NCBI GenBank assembly: GCA_041178425.1
Contig: JBEGVH010000037.1
Span: 1-44,150 of the forward strand
Length of the DNA stretch: 44,150 nt
DNA from: Pseudomonadota bacterium
GTDB taxonomy: Bacteria > Bdellovibrionota > Bdellovibrionia > Bdellovibrionales > Bdellovibrionaceae
Direction: 5' to 3'
The notes beneath the pieces were generated by a model. The model was given only the letters and a program-made list of their open reading frames with translations. It ran no database searches and had not been told where the DNA came from. Below, piece after piece: positions 19,157 through 28,095 of the stretch (position 1 is the stretch's first letter; the number at the start of each line of letters is the position of its first letter). The translations under genes were made by a program, and so were the position numbers.

Positions 19157-19342
19157 ATGGAAGCACTCTATATAATGATTCCTCTCACTCTCCTACTTTC
19201 GGGCTCAGCCCTCGTGGCTTGCCTATGGGCTATTCGTCAGGGACAATTTGATGATGTTGATACCCCTCCCTTACGCATATTAAATGAAAATGAAGATTCT
19301 AATTTAGTTACAAATAACAATACTGAAAGGACAAATGCATGA
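19157..19342 (+). CDS. ccoS: cbb3-type oxidase assembly protein CcoS/FixS
   Basis: MEALYIMIP, a TM helix, then WAIRQGQFDD...RIL. Confidence 0.92.
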   Translation: MEALYIMIPLTLLLSGSALVACLWAIRQGQFDDVDTPPLRILNENEDSNLVTNNNTERTNA

Positions 19343-21459
19343 ATCAATCATCGCAGGAAAAGTTTGTTTATTACGATGACGACATCGTAAAGAAATTCTT
19401 GTGGGCCGTTGTGGTCTGGGGTGCCGTAGCCATGCTAGCGGGTATTTTGGCAGCGCTCCAACTAGCTTGGTGGCCAGCCAATATGGGTTTAGAGTGGATC
19501 ACCTTTGGTCGACTGAGACCCCTTCATACAAACGCAGCCATTTTTGCCTTTGCTGGTAACACTATTTTTGCCGGCATCTATCACTCTTCTCAGCGTCTAC
19601 TTCGCGCTAGAATGTTCAATGACGGGCTCAGTAAAATTCATTTCTGGGGCTGGCAGCTTATCATCGTACTTGCAGCGCTCACGCTCCCCTTTGGATTTAC
19701 AACGGGAAAGGAGTACGCCGAACTTGAATGGCCAATCGATATTTCGATTGCAGTTATTTGGGTCGTCTTCGCAGTTAACCTTTTTGGAACTATCGCTAAG
19801 AGAAAAGAGCGTCATCTTTATGTGGCTATTTGGTTTTACATTGCAACGGTTATCACCGTAGCGGTTCTCCACATTGTCAACTCACTAGCGATTCCAGTGG
19901 CTTTTTTAAAGAGCTATCCTATCTGGGCGGGCATCCAAGATGGTTTGATCCAATGGTGGTATGGTCATAATGCGGTGGCTTTTTTCCTCACTACGCCTTT
20001 TTTAGGATTGATGTATTACTATGTTCCAAAAATTGTAAATAGACCCGTTTACTCTTATAGACTTTCTATTATTCACTTTTGGGCCCTTGTTTTCTTATAT
20101 ATTTGGGCTGGTCCTCACCATCTTTTATACACGGCTCTTCCTGATTGGGCTCAAACACTTGGGATGATTTTCTCATTAATGCTATGGGCCCCAAGCTGGG
20201 GTGGTATGATCAACGGTCTTCTCACTCTCAGAGGCGTTTGGCACCTATTACGAACTGAACCTACGGTAAAATTCTTGGTTGCCGCTGTCACCTTTTATGG
20301 AATGTCGACTTTCGAAGGTCCGTTGATGTCAATTAAAGCCGTGAACAGTCTTGCTCACTATACGGACTGGGTTGTGGGTCACGCCCATGCCGGCGCATTG
20401 GGTTGGAATGGTTTCATGGCTTTCGGTATGCTTTATTACCTGGTACCTAAACTCTGGAACACTAAACTTTATAGCGTAAAAATGGCCAACACTCATTTTT
20501 GGTTGGGCCTATCTGGCGTGCTCCTCTACTACGTATCAATGCTAGCGGCGGGCATCACCCAAGGCCTTATGTGGAGAGCCATCGATAGCCAGGGGCATTT
20601 AGTTTACCCTGATTTCGTTGAAACGGTTCGCGCCATTCAACCTCTATTTTGGGTGAGACTACTCTCAGGCCTTCTTTACTATGTTGGCTTTATCATGATG
20701 ATTCGCAACTTGATTGCAACAGTTAAAGGAGCTCCAGCAACGGCGCCTGCTGAAAAAGTTACTGAGCCTGTCACTGCAGGACATGATCTTTCAAATGAAA
20801 AAGGCCACCGCAAACTCGAAGGCTTAGCAACTGTATTCACAGTTTTAGCTCTTATTGCAATTCTTGTTGGATCTATTATTGAAATTTATCCGCTCATCAA
20901 TATCAGTAAATATGTTGAGCCAGCCAAAATGCCTCAGCCATTGACGGCACTAGAACTCGCGGGCCGTGATGTTTACATCAAAGAAGGATGTTACGTTTGT
21001 CACTCTCAGATGATTCGTAAAATGTCTTCAGATGTTCTTCGTTATGGACCCGCAAGCACTATTGGTGAATCGATGTATGATCGTCCATTTCAATGGGGTT
21101 CAAAACGTTCCGGCCCTGATCTTGCTCGTGTTGGTGGAAAATATCCTAACCTCTGGCATTATCGCCACATGGTTGACCCACGCTCTACCACTCAAGGATC
21201 ACTCATGCCTCCGTATGCATGGTTAGGAACGAACGATGCTGACTTTATGAGTCTTCGCAAAAAGCTCTCCGCAATGAAGGCACTTGGCGTTCCTTATACT
21301 GATGATATGGTTGCCAATGCCGATGGAGCCGCTCAAGCCGATGCGAAAAAAATTGCTGAAGATCTTGCCGCTAACGGCGCCCCAGCTGGTCTTGAAAAAA
21401 CGGAGCTTGTTGCCTTGATTGCTTACTTGCAGTCGCTCGGAAAGAAAGGTGGCCAATGA
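19339..21459 (+). CDS. ccoNO: cbb3-type cytochrome c oxidase, fused subunits I and II (CcoN-CcoO)
   Basis: CcoN motifs RPLHTN, WWYGHNAVAF, WAGPHHL and HAH, followed in frame by CcoO motifs EGCYVCHSQMIR, WGSKRSGPDLAR and MP. Confidence 0.96.
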   Translation: MNQSSQEKFVYYDDDIVKKFLWAVVVWGAVAMLAGILAALQLAWWPANMGLEWITFGRLRPLHTNAAIFAFAGNTIFAGIYHSSQRLLRARMFNDGLSKIHFWGWQLIIVLAALTLPFGFTTGKEYAELEWPIDISIAVIWVVFAVNLFGTIAKRKERHLYVAIWFYIATVITVAVLHIVNSLAIPVAFLKSYPIWAGIQDGLIQWWYGHNAVAFFLTTPFLGLMYYYVPKIVNRPVYSYRLSIIHFWALVFLYIWAGPHHLLYTALPDWAQTLGMIFSLMLWAPSWGGMINGLLTLRGVWHLLRTEPTVKFLVAAVTFYGMSTFEGPLMSIKAVNSLAHYTDWVVGHAHAGALGWNGFMAFGMLYYLVPKLWNTKLYSVKMANTHFWLGLSGVLLYYVSMLAAGITQGLMWRAIDSQGHLVYPDFVETVRAIQPLFWVRLLSGLLYYVGFIMMIRNLIATVKGAPATAPAEKVTEPVTAGHDLSNEKGHRKLEGLATVFTVLALIAILVGSIIEIYPLINISKYVEPAKMPQPLTALELAGRDVYIKEGCYVCHSQMIRKMSSDVLRYGPASTIGESMYDRPFQWGSKRSGPDLARVGGKYPNLWHYRHMVDPRSTTQGSLMPPYAWLGTNDADFMSLRKKLSAMKALGVPYTDDMVANADGAAQADAKKIAEDLAANGAPAGLEKTELVALIAYLQSLGKKGGQ

Positions 21460-21626
21460 AACAAGAAGCCTTTCAACAATACACAGATCAAGATTTGACG
21501 ATCCTTGGATTGTTCATATTTGTTACGTTTTTCGTTGGTCTCCTTTTTTGGGTGTACCGACGAACGCAAGCACCACACTATAAATACATGAGTCAAATTC
21601 CATTAGAAGGAGAGCAGAAGTCATGA
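21456..21626 (+). CDS. ccoQ: cbb3-type oxidase small subunit CcoQ (56 aa; not in the ORF track)
   Basis: MKQEAFQQYTDQDLTILGLFIFVTFFVGLLFWVYRRTQAPHYKYMSQIPLEGEQKS: one TM helix and an IPLE tail. ATGA overlaps with both ccoNO and ccoP. Confidence 0.9.
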   Translation: MKQEAFQQYTDQDLTILGLFIFVTFFVGLLFWVYRRTQAPHYKYMSQIPLEGEQKS

Positions 21627-22195
21627 GTGACAATAACAATCAGTACGACCAACCGATTGCAGGTCATGAATACGATGGCATCCAAGAGTTCGACAATCCA
21701 CTTCCAATGTGGTGGTTGTGGACGTTTTTTGGAACGATCATCTTTGCGTTCATATACTATCTTCATTACGAAATGAAAGCGGGTCCAAGCCTAGAGCAGG
21801 AACTCGCCACTGATATGGCGGCTATTGAACAAATGAAGACTACAGCAGAATCTGAGGCCCCAAAAGCCGATCTTGCCGCTATTATTGGTGATCCAAACAA
21901 GATCCAAGCAGGAGCTGCCGTTTATGCTGGAAAATGCGCTTCATGCCATGGAGATAAAGGCCAAGGCCTCGTGGGCCCGAACCTCACAGACACGGCATGG
22001 ATCCACGGTGCAAAACCCGAAGAATGGCTTGTTGTGATTGCCAAGGGTGTTCTAGATAAGGGAATGCCACCTTGGGAAGGTATTCTAAAGAGCAATGAAA
22101 TTCACGAAGTCATCGCTTACATTGACAGTCTAAAGGGAACGAATCCTGCCGGTGGTAAACCGGCCCAAGGAACAGAGTACCCAGACTACAAGTAA
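21623..22195 (+). CDS. ccoP: cbb3-type oxidase subunit III, short monoheme form
   Basis: HEYDGIQEFDNPLPMWW N-terminal motif, a single CASCH, GPNLTD and GMPPW. Confidence 0.93.
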   Translation: MSDNNNQYDQPIAGHEYDGIQEFDNPLPMWWLWTFFGTIIFAFIYYLHYEMKAGPSLEQELATDMAAIEQMKTTAESEAPKADLAAIIGDPNKIQAGAAVYAGKCASCHGDKGQGLVGPNLTDTAWIHGAKPEEWLVVIAKGVLDKGMPPWEGILKSNEIHEVIAYIDSLKGTNPAGGKPAQGTEYPDYK

Positions 22196-22209
22196 CAATC
22201 GCGACTCAG

Positions 22210-22243
22210 TAAAAGGACTATCTTAGATTGGATAGTCCTTTTA
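22210..22243 (+). terminator. Rho-independent terminator-like hairpin between ccoP and ccoG
   Basis: TAAAAGGACTATC-ttagattg-GATAGTCCTTTTA is a perfect inverted repeat with A and T tracts on both sides. Confidence 0.75.
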
Positions 22244-22291
22244 TGACCCGTCATTAAGTTCTACTTCCGGCCCCTCTAATTTCGATGTAAG

Positions 22292-23728
22292 ATGGTCTCA
22301 ATTATGGAAATACCTAAAGATCGATTAGCAACAACTGACGAGTTTGGTGACAGAGTTTATATTTATCCTGCCGAGGTTAAAGGCTTCTGGAGAAAGCACC
22401 GAAATTGGACGCAGTTGATTCTCGTAATAGTTTTTATGATCCTTCCTTGGATTAAAATAGGGGGAGAACAGGCTCTCTTGCTTTCAATACCCGAGCGTCG
22501 GTTTGCCTTTTTTGGTTTAGTTCTCTACGCCCATGATGGCCCATTGATTTTTTTCGTTTTGGCCATTTCTGTTTTCGCCTTAGCTTTCGTTACCGCCGTT
22601 TGGGGGCGAATCTGGTGTGGATGGGCTTGCCCACAAACAGTTTTTATTGATGGGTTGTTTCGTCGAATCGAATATCTCATCGAAGGAAACCATATCGAAA
22701 GAAGACAGCTCGATGCTGGACCGATGAACTTCAATAAAATAGCTAAAAAATCTCTCAAATGGTCGGCCTTCTTTTTAGCCTCTACCCACATAGCTCACAG
22801 CTTCGTTGCCTACTTCGTTGGAGCCGATCGCCTAACGCAAATGTCTCTTCACTCTCCTTCAGAAAATTGGGTCGACTTCATCCTTGTGTTCTTTATTACG
22901 TTCGTGATTCTCTTTGATTTCGGTTGGTTCAGAGAGCAGTTTTGCTTCATCATGTGTCCCTATGGACGATTCCAATCCGTTCTCATGGACAAACATTCCA
23001 TGGCCGTTATGTACGATAGCCAGCGAGGGGAGCCTCGCAAAGGCTCCGAGCAGGCGAAGTCTGATAAAGTTGGCGACTGTGTAAACTGCAAGCGATGTGT
23101 TATTGTCTGCCCTACCGGCATTGATATTCGTCGCGGAGTGCAAATGGAATGTATAAACTGTACTGCTTGCATTGATGCCTGCGACGACATTATGGAGAAA
23201 GTAAAAAAACCAAAAGGACTCATCCGTTACTCTTCGATTGCTGAAAGTGAAGGAGAAAAGTCTCTTTGGTATAAATTCGATTTTAGACGTTTATTCTATC
23301 TCGCTATAATTCTGTTGGCCCTTTCGGGTCTTGTCTTCAAATTATCGACTCGCTCACCCCTGCGTGCAGAAGTGCTTCGTGTGGTGGGTGCCCCCTATCG
23401 ACTCCTGGATGGACCAGAGGAAGGGATGGTCATCAACCAATTTAAAATACATATTCAAAATCAAACCTCTGTGCCCATGTCAGTGCGGTTTGAACTTGTA
23501 AATCCATCCCCTGAAATTGCCCTGTCTATGATCGAACAGTCTAAAGAAATGACGTTACAACCAGGTGAACTTGCCAACCACTTTCTCTTTATCAAGTTCC
23601 ATAGAGATCTAGTAAAGGGCATGGGTCAAAAAGAGGTCCCCTTGAAAGTGTACTATGACTTCACTGGCGCAGAAAAATCGCCTTTACCAGGCAAAGTTCA
23701 AAAATCGCTCCAGTTATTGGGGCCTTAA
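22292..23728 (+). CDS. ccoG: Cytochrome c oxidase accessory protein CcoG/FixG (start may be 22304)
   Basis: CGWACPQT, FCFIMCPYGRFQ, two ferredoxin motifs (CVNCKRCVIVCP, CINCTACIDAC) and a C-terminal Ig-like region. Confidence 0.95.
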   Translation: MVSIMEIPKDRLATTDEFGDRVYIYPAEVKGFWRKHRNWTQLILVIVFMILPWIKIGGEQALLLSIPERRFAFFGLVLYAHDGPLIFFVLAISVFALAFVTAVWGRIWCGWACPQTVFIDGLFRRIEYLIEGNHIERRQLDAGPMNFNKIAKKSLKWSAFFLASTHIAHSFVAYFVGADRLTQMSLHSPSENWVDFILVFFITFVILFDFGWFREQFCFIMCPYGRFQSVLMDKHSMAVMYDSQRGEPRKGSEQAKSDKVGDCVNCKRCVIVCPTGIDIRRGVQMECINCTACIDACDDIMEKVKKPKGLIRYSSIAESEGEKSLWYKFDFRRLFYLAIILLALSGLVFKLSTRSPLRAEVLRVVGAPYRLLDGPEEGMVINQFKIHIQNQTSVPMSVRFELVNPSPEIALSMIEQSKEMTLQPGELANHFLFIKFHRDLVKGMGQKEVPLKVYYDFTGAEKSPLPGKVQKSLQLLGP

Positions 23729-23806
23729 AAGGTTTTTATCGGTGCATCGGAATTAAGTCTGTGTCATAATGGCTCAAGAAATTGCAATCAATTAGGAGCC
23801 TATGAG

Positions 23807-25078
23807 ATGAACTTTTTTGAGCACCTCAGTCGTCGTGGACTCATTCACAATTCTACACCTCACATTGAAAATTATCTTTTAGAGGCCAAAAAAAATGGCG
23901 AAACGCCTAAAGCTTATGTGGGTTTTGATCCATCAGGAGCGAGTCTCCAAGTTGGAAATCTTATGGCTGTATTACTTTTACGACGAGCACAGCTCCATGG
24001 CGTCCAGCCAATCATTTTACTAGGCGGAGCCACTGGCCTTGTTGGCGATCCCTCAGGCAAGAAAGCCGAACGCACTCTCCTCGAAAAAAACATCGCAGAA
24101 GACAACACTCGAAAAATTAAACTGCAACTAGAGAAATTTATCGATTTTTCTCCAGGACCTGTTGAACCTCTCTTCGTAAACAATTTAGATTGGTTTTCAA
24201 AACTCAATTTTGTTGAATTTCTCCGATCGGTGGGCAAACACATTACTATTAACTATATGATTGCTAAAGACAGCGTGAAGCTAAGAATGGAAACTGGAAT
24301 TTCTTATGCTGAATTTGGCTACATGTTGATGCAGGGCTATGACTTCCTTCATCTCTTTGAAACCCACGGCTGTCGTATTCAGCTTGGTGGAAGCGATCAA
24401 TGGGGTAATATCACAACCGGAACAGAACTCATTCGACGAAAGCATGCTACTGAAGCGCATGCCATTAGCTCTCCGCTTTTGACGGACTCCGCAGGTAATA
24501 AGCTCGGTAAAACCGAAGCTGGTGGCATCTATCTCGATCCTACCATCACCTCGCCTTACAAATTTTATCAGTATTGGCTCCAAAGAGAGGATTCTGAAGT
24601 GGTAAAACTTCTTAATGCTCTCACCCTGCTCGATGATAACCTCATCAAGGAAGCAGAAGCTTGGATTAAAACCGCTCCCGAAAAAAGAGCGGCCCAAAAA
24701 CTTCTCGCCCAAACACTCACCAGCATGGTTCATGATCCTGAAACATGTGAGGCCGTTGAAAGAGCATCACAAGTTCTTTTTTCGAAAGACCCTGCTGTTC
24801 TCAACCAATTAAACTCCACGGCACTGAAAGCTCTGGCAGAAGAAGTTCCCTCTTCGCACTTTGCTGGCCCAGTGGGTGTTTTAGATTTACTCGTGAACGC
24901 CAAGCTTTGCGCAAGCAAAGGCGAAGCTCGACGACATATTCAAGGCGGAGCTGTCTCTATCAATCGTCAAAAAGTGAACGATGAAAAACTTATGCTAGAT
25001 CAAAACACGTTCTCAGATAAAGAGTTCTTGCTCGTTGGAATTGGCAAATCTCAACTTCATCTCATCTTGAAAAGGTAG
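23807..25078 (+). CDS. tyrS: Tyrosine--tRNA ligase
   Basis: YVGFDPS, GGATGLVGDPSGK, QGYDF, GGSDQWGNI, KLGKT and a C-terminal S4 domain (SKGEARRHIQGGAV). Confidence 0.96.
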   Translation: MNFFEHLSRRGLIHNSTPHIENYLLEAKKNGETPKAYVGFDPSGASLQVGNLMAVLLLRRAQLHGVQPIILLGGATGLVGDPSGKKAERTLLEKNIAEDNTRKIKLQLEKFIDFSPGPVEPLFVNNLDWFSKLNFVEFLRSVGKHITINYMIAKDSVKLRMETGISYAEFGYMLMQGYDFLHLFETHGCRIQLGGSDQWGNITTGTELIRRKHATEAHAISSPLLTDSAGNKLGKTEAGGIYLDPTITSPYKFYQYWLQREDSEVVKLLNALTLLDDNLIKEAEAWIKTAPEKRAAQKLLAQTLTSMVHDPETCEAVERASQVLFSKDPAVLNQLNSTALKALAEEVPSSHFAGPVGVLDLLVNAKLCASKGEARRHIQGGAVSINRQKVNDEKLMLDQNTFSDKEFLLVGIGKSQLHLILKR

Positions 25079-25089
25079 GCGACAAGACG

Positions 25090-25305
25090 ATGGAAATTGA
25101 TCGCAAAGATATTCACGAATTGAAAAATCAGTTGGCGATTAGCATGGGTATGATTGAACTAGGAATGAAAATGATCGCCCGGGATCAGCAAAACGTCGAT
25201 CTTTCAAAGCTTGATGAACGCCTCAATAAATCGCTTGAGGCTCAAAAAAAAATTCTCGATTACCTGAATAGCTTAAAAAAGCCGGAGCCCCCCCTTCACG
25301 AGTGA
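25090..25305 (+). CDS. Small protein resembling an isolated histidine-kinase dimerisation/phosphoacceptor (HisKA) domain
   Basis: IHELKNQLAISMGMIEL resembles the H-box HELRNPL...G..EL and is followed by a second amphipathic helix. Starts 11 bp after tyrS. Confidence 0.6.
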   Translation: MEIDRKDIHELKNQLAISMGMIELGMKMIARDQQNVDLSKLDERLNKSLEAQKKILDYLNSLKKPEPPLHE

Positions 25306-26684
25306 AGGTGAGGTCGCCTCTTTTTATGGAAGAATAAAAAGTAAACCGGTATTCCAGAACTAATCAAACCCAGCCCTAATAATGATTCTTTTGGAGCTTG
25401 AACCAGCGTATTGACGACAAGTAATACGGCTAACATAACAAAGACTGCGGGAATCACCGGGTAACCCAAAGCCTTGTACGCTCGCGGCTCCCTTGGAAGC
25501 TTCTTTCTAAAAATAAAAATGGAGAACGCCACGAGGGCATAAAAAATCCAAGAGGCAAAAACAACATAATCAGTCAATTGATCGAACGATCCCGATAAAG
25601 CCAAGAGGACTGCTACCGTTCCCTCGGCTATCAGTGCGACAAAGGGCACATGGGTCTTACTACTCACCTCGCCAACGATCTTAGGAAACAAACCGTCTTT
25701 TGCCAAAGCATAGGGAACTCTTGAATGAGTCATCACCGCGCCAAACATAGCCCCCAAGGCAGAAACCACCAATAAGAGCGAAAAAACTGTTACACCGGAG
25801 GACCCGAGATAACTCTGAACAACCTTTGAAGCTACGGGAGCCGCCGTTGGAAAATTTTTAGATGAAGAAATCGCAATCTCCGAAATAGGAAGAGTAAAGA
25901 AATAGCTAAAATTAACGAGACCATAGATCAGTAGCACAATTAATGTTCCAAAGATTAATGCTTTGGGTACGTTCTCTTCGGGCTTATGCACCTCTCCCGC
26001 CATCATCGGCAAATTATTCCAACCATCAAAGGCCCACAGTGCGGCAACTAGAGCTGTACCAAAAGCACCAAAGTTAAAAGGTACTCCCACTTCCCCAGCT
26101 AAATTTGCAAAGGTCGCCAATGGTGAAAAAAGAATGGCACCCATTGGCACACTCAAAAGTAGAAAAACCTTGATCGACGTCAAAATGGTATTGATCTTTC
26201 CGCCCAAAGACACGCTTAGCAAATTCAAACCCGTAAACAAAATAATCAAACTCACGGCCAAAGTTGTTCGCGTCTCTTGAGACTCAATCATAATGACGCC
26301 AGAAAAAAATGTGGCGGCTCCCACGGCGAAGGCTGCCACCGAGCCAGGACCTGCAATCCAAAATCTCATCCAGCCATATAAAAAGGCTGGCAGATCTCCA
26401 TAAGCTTCACGCAGATAAACATACTCCCCGCCCGCTTTAGGAAACAAACAACCCAACTCAGCGTAGGTCAGAGCTCCAGCAAGAGAAAGCAATCCGGCAA
26501 AAAACCAGGCCAATAATACTAACCAGGGAGTGCCCAGCAGTTGACTCATAACCGCTGCTTTAAGAAAGATTCCTGTGCCGATAATGGTACCAACAACTAG
26601 CGCCGTGGCATCGATAAGAGACAGCCCCCTCAAAAGCCTCGGATGAAGAACTTGAGACGATTTACCATCAGACTGTTTACTCAT
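25296..26684 (-). CDS. APC-family amino acid permease (LAT/SteT-like)
   Basis: VGTIIGTGIF, YAELG...PKAGGEYVYL, WAFDGWN, GEV..PEENVPKA and about 12 TM segments. Confidence 0.93.
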   Translation of the reverse strand: MSKQSDGKSSQVLHPRLLRGLSLIDATALVVGTIIGTGIFLKAAVMSQLLGTPWLVLLAWFFAGLLSLAGALTYAELGCLFPKAGGEYVYLREAYGDLPAFLYGWMRFWIAGPGSVAAFAVGAATFFSGVIMIESQETRTTLAVSLIILFTGLNLLSVSLGGKINTILTSIKVFLLLSVPMGAILFSPLATFANLAGEVGVPFNFGAFGTALVAALWAFDGWNNLPMMAGEVHKPEENVPKALIFGTLIVLLIYGLVNFSYFFTLPISEIAISSSKNFPTAAPVASKVVQSYLGSSGVTVFSLLLVVSALGAMFGAVMTHSRVPYALAKDGLFPKIVGEVSSKTHVPFVALIAEGTVAVLLALSGSFDQLTDYVVFASWIFYALVAFSIFIFRKKLPREPRAYKALGYPVIPAVFVMLAVLLVVNTLVQAPKESLLGLGLISSGIPVYFLFFHKKRRPHLHS

Positions 26685-26742
26685 AAGATCCTCCCCTGAA
26701 ATTCCACTCTTCTATGAGGCGGGATGAGACGAAAGAATTAAT

Positions 26743-27249
26743 TTAATCTTTGTGTAGCCCCACGATCAGGGCTCCGGGAGCAACGTCCTTCATAACAAAG
26801 GCATTGGCTCCGATTTTAGCATCATCACCGATATAGACAGGCCCAAGCACTTTAGCTCCCGTGCCTATTATAACCCGATTACCAACTGTGGGATGTCTCT
26901 TCACCGGATCAAAACGGACTCCCCCCAGCGTGACCTCATGAAAAATGATACAATCATCTCCCACTTCGGCCGTTTCACCGATGACGGTAGCCATTCCGTG
27001 ATCAATGACTAATCGCCTTCCGATTTTAGCTCCAGGGTGGATTTCTATACCGGTTATCCAACGACTGAACTCGGATAAAAATCGGGCCAGAAAGTAGAAT
27101 TTTCGCAGGTAGAGCTGATGCGCGATGGTGTGAAAAAAAATAGCCTTAGGCCCTGGATACAGCAACACAATTTCCCAATAGGACTTTGCCGCCGGATCAT
27201 ATTCTTTGTAGGCTCTAAAAAAATCAATTATTCGTTTTGTAAGCATCAT
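26743..27249 (-). CDS. cysE: Serine O-acetyltransferase, short form
   Basis: [34 protein letters not shown] and KRHPT hexapeptide-repeat motifs. Confidence 0.9.
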   Translation of the reverse strand: MMLTKRIIDFFRAYKEYDPAAKSYWEIVLLYPGPKAIFFHTIAHQLYLRKFYFLARFLSEFSRWITGIEIHPGAKIGRRLVIDHGMATVIGETAEVGDDCIIFHEVTLGGVRFDPVKRHPTVGNRVIIGTGAKVLGPVYIGDDAKIGANAFVMKDVAPGALIVGLHKD

Positions 27250-27269
27250 CGCAATCTTCTCAATTCTAA

Positions 27270-28079
27270 TCAGTGTCCACCACCGCCGCCCCCTGAGGAC
27301 TCATGCCCTGCAGGATTTGCCGCTTCTCCCCGCTTTGAAATTTCACTTTCAGAGGCTTCATGAATCAATGGTGGCGTTTGACTTTTAATAACCACTGACT
27401 TTGCAACGACTCCTCCACACTGGAGTTTTGGAAATCTCGAATCGGTAATAGCCAGAGTTGTAAAGGCTCTTATCCCATTTTCATGGGAGACTCTAATTAA
27501 AAATGTGCCCGCCAACAAACTTACATGACGCCCATCGGTCACATTCACTTCCAAACCTTGACCTGTAAACTTACTACCATAGGACTTAGTGATATCCAAA
27601 ATCTTGTCGCAACCCGATCCCAGGGTTTGATCGCCATCTTTACGCTGGATTGAGTTGCTCATAAATAGAACTTGCAAGGAGGAATCTGTCGACACTGCTG
27701 GTTCGAAACTCAAAAAAAATGTTCCTTGGTCTTTCTTTATAAAATTGGCCAAATCTAGATTCATTCCCATTTTGGCTGATTTTAATTCAAAACTATTCGC
27801 GCCAAGAATTCCCTTTGTTTTTTCTCTCAGCCTAACGACTAATCCGACCAAAATGTTTTCGTCTAGTTTTCCCGATTGATCAGTATTCGGATATATTTTT
27901 AAAGAGCTAACAACTTTTTTTTCTTCGAGAATATCCCACATAATCGCCGGCAAACGAATCTCAGGAGGAGAGTCTGTCACGATCTTTTCCACAAAATGCT
28001 CGTGATTCCCATGGTCTTCTTTTTTACAAGAATTAAGCAATAAGATAGCTATGACAGAAAAAAGAAGAACTCGAGTCAT
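27270..28079 (-). CDS. Hypothetical lipoprotein (269 aa)
   Basis: Signal peptide ending LLNSC. His-rich N-terminus (EDHGNHEH) and a [12 protein letters not shown] tail. Confidence 0.75.
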   Translation of the reverse strand: MTRVLLFSVIAILLLNSCKKEDHGNHEHFVEKIVTDSPPEIRLPAIMWDILEEKKVVSSLKIYPNTDQSGKLDENILVGLVVRLREKTKGILGANSFELKSAKMGMNLDLANFIKKDQGTFFLSFEPAVSTDSSLQVLFMSNSIQRKDGDQTLGSGCDKILDITKSYGSKFTGQGLEVNVTDGRHVSLLAGTFLIRVSHENGIRAFTTLAITDSRFPKLQCGGVVAKSVVIKSQTPPLIHEASESEISKRGEAANPAGHESSGGGGGGH

Positions 28080-28095
28080 TTAGAATCTCCAGCCA

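Noticed and set aside
23729..23806. T-box riboswitch ahead of tyrS
   Set aside because: Only 78 bp of leader and no T-box consensus.
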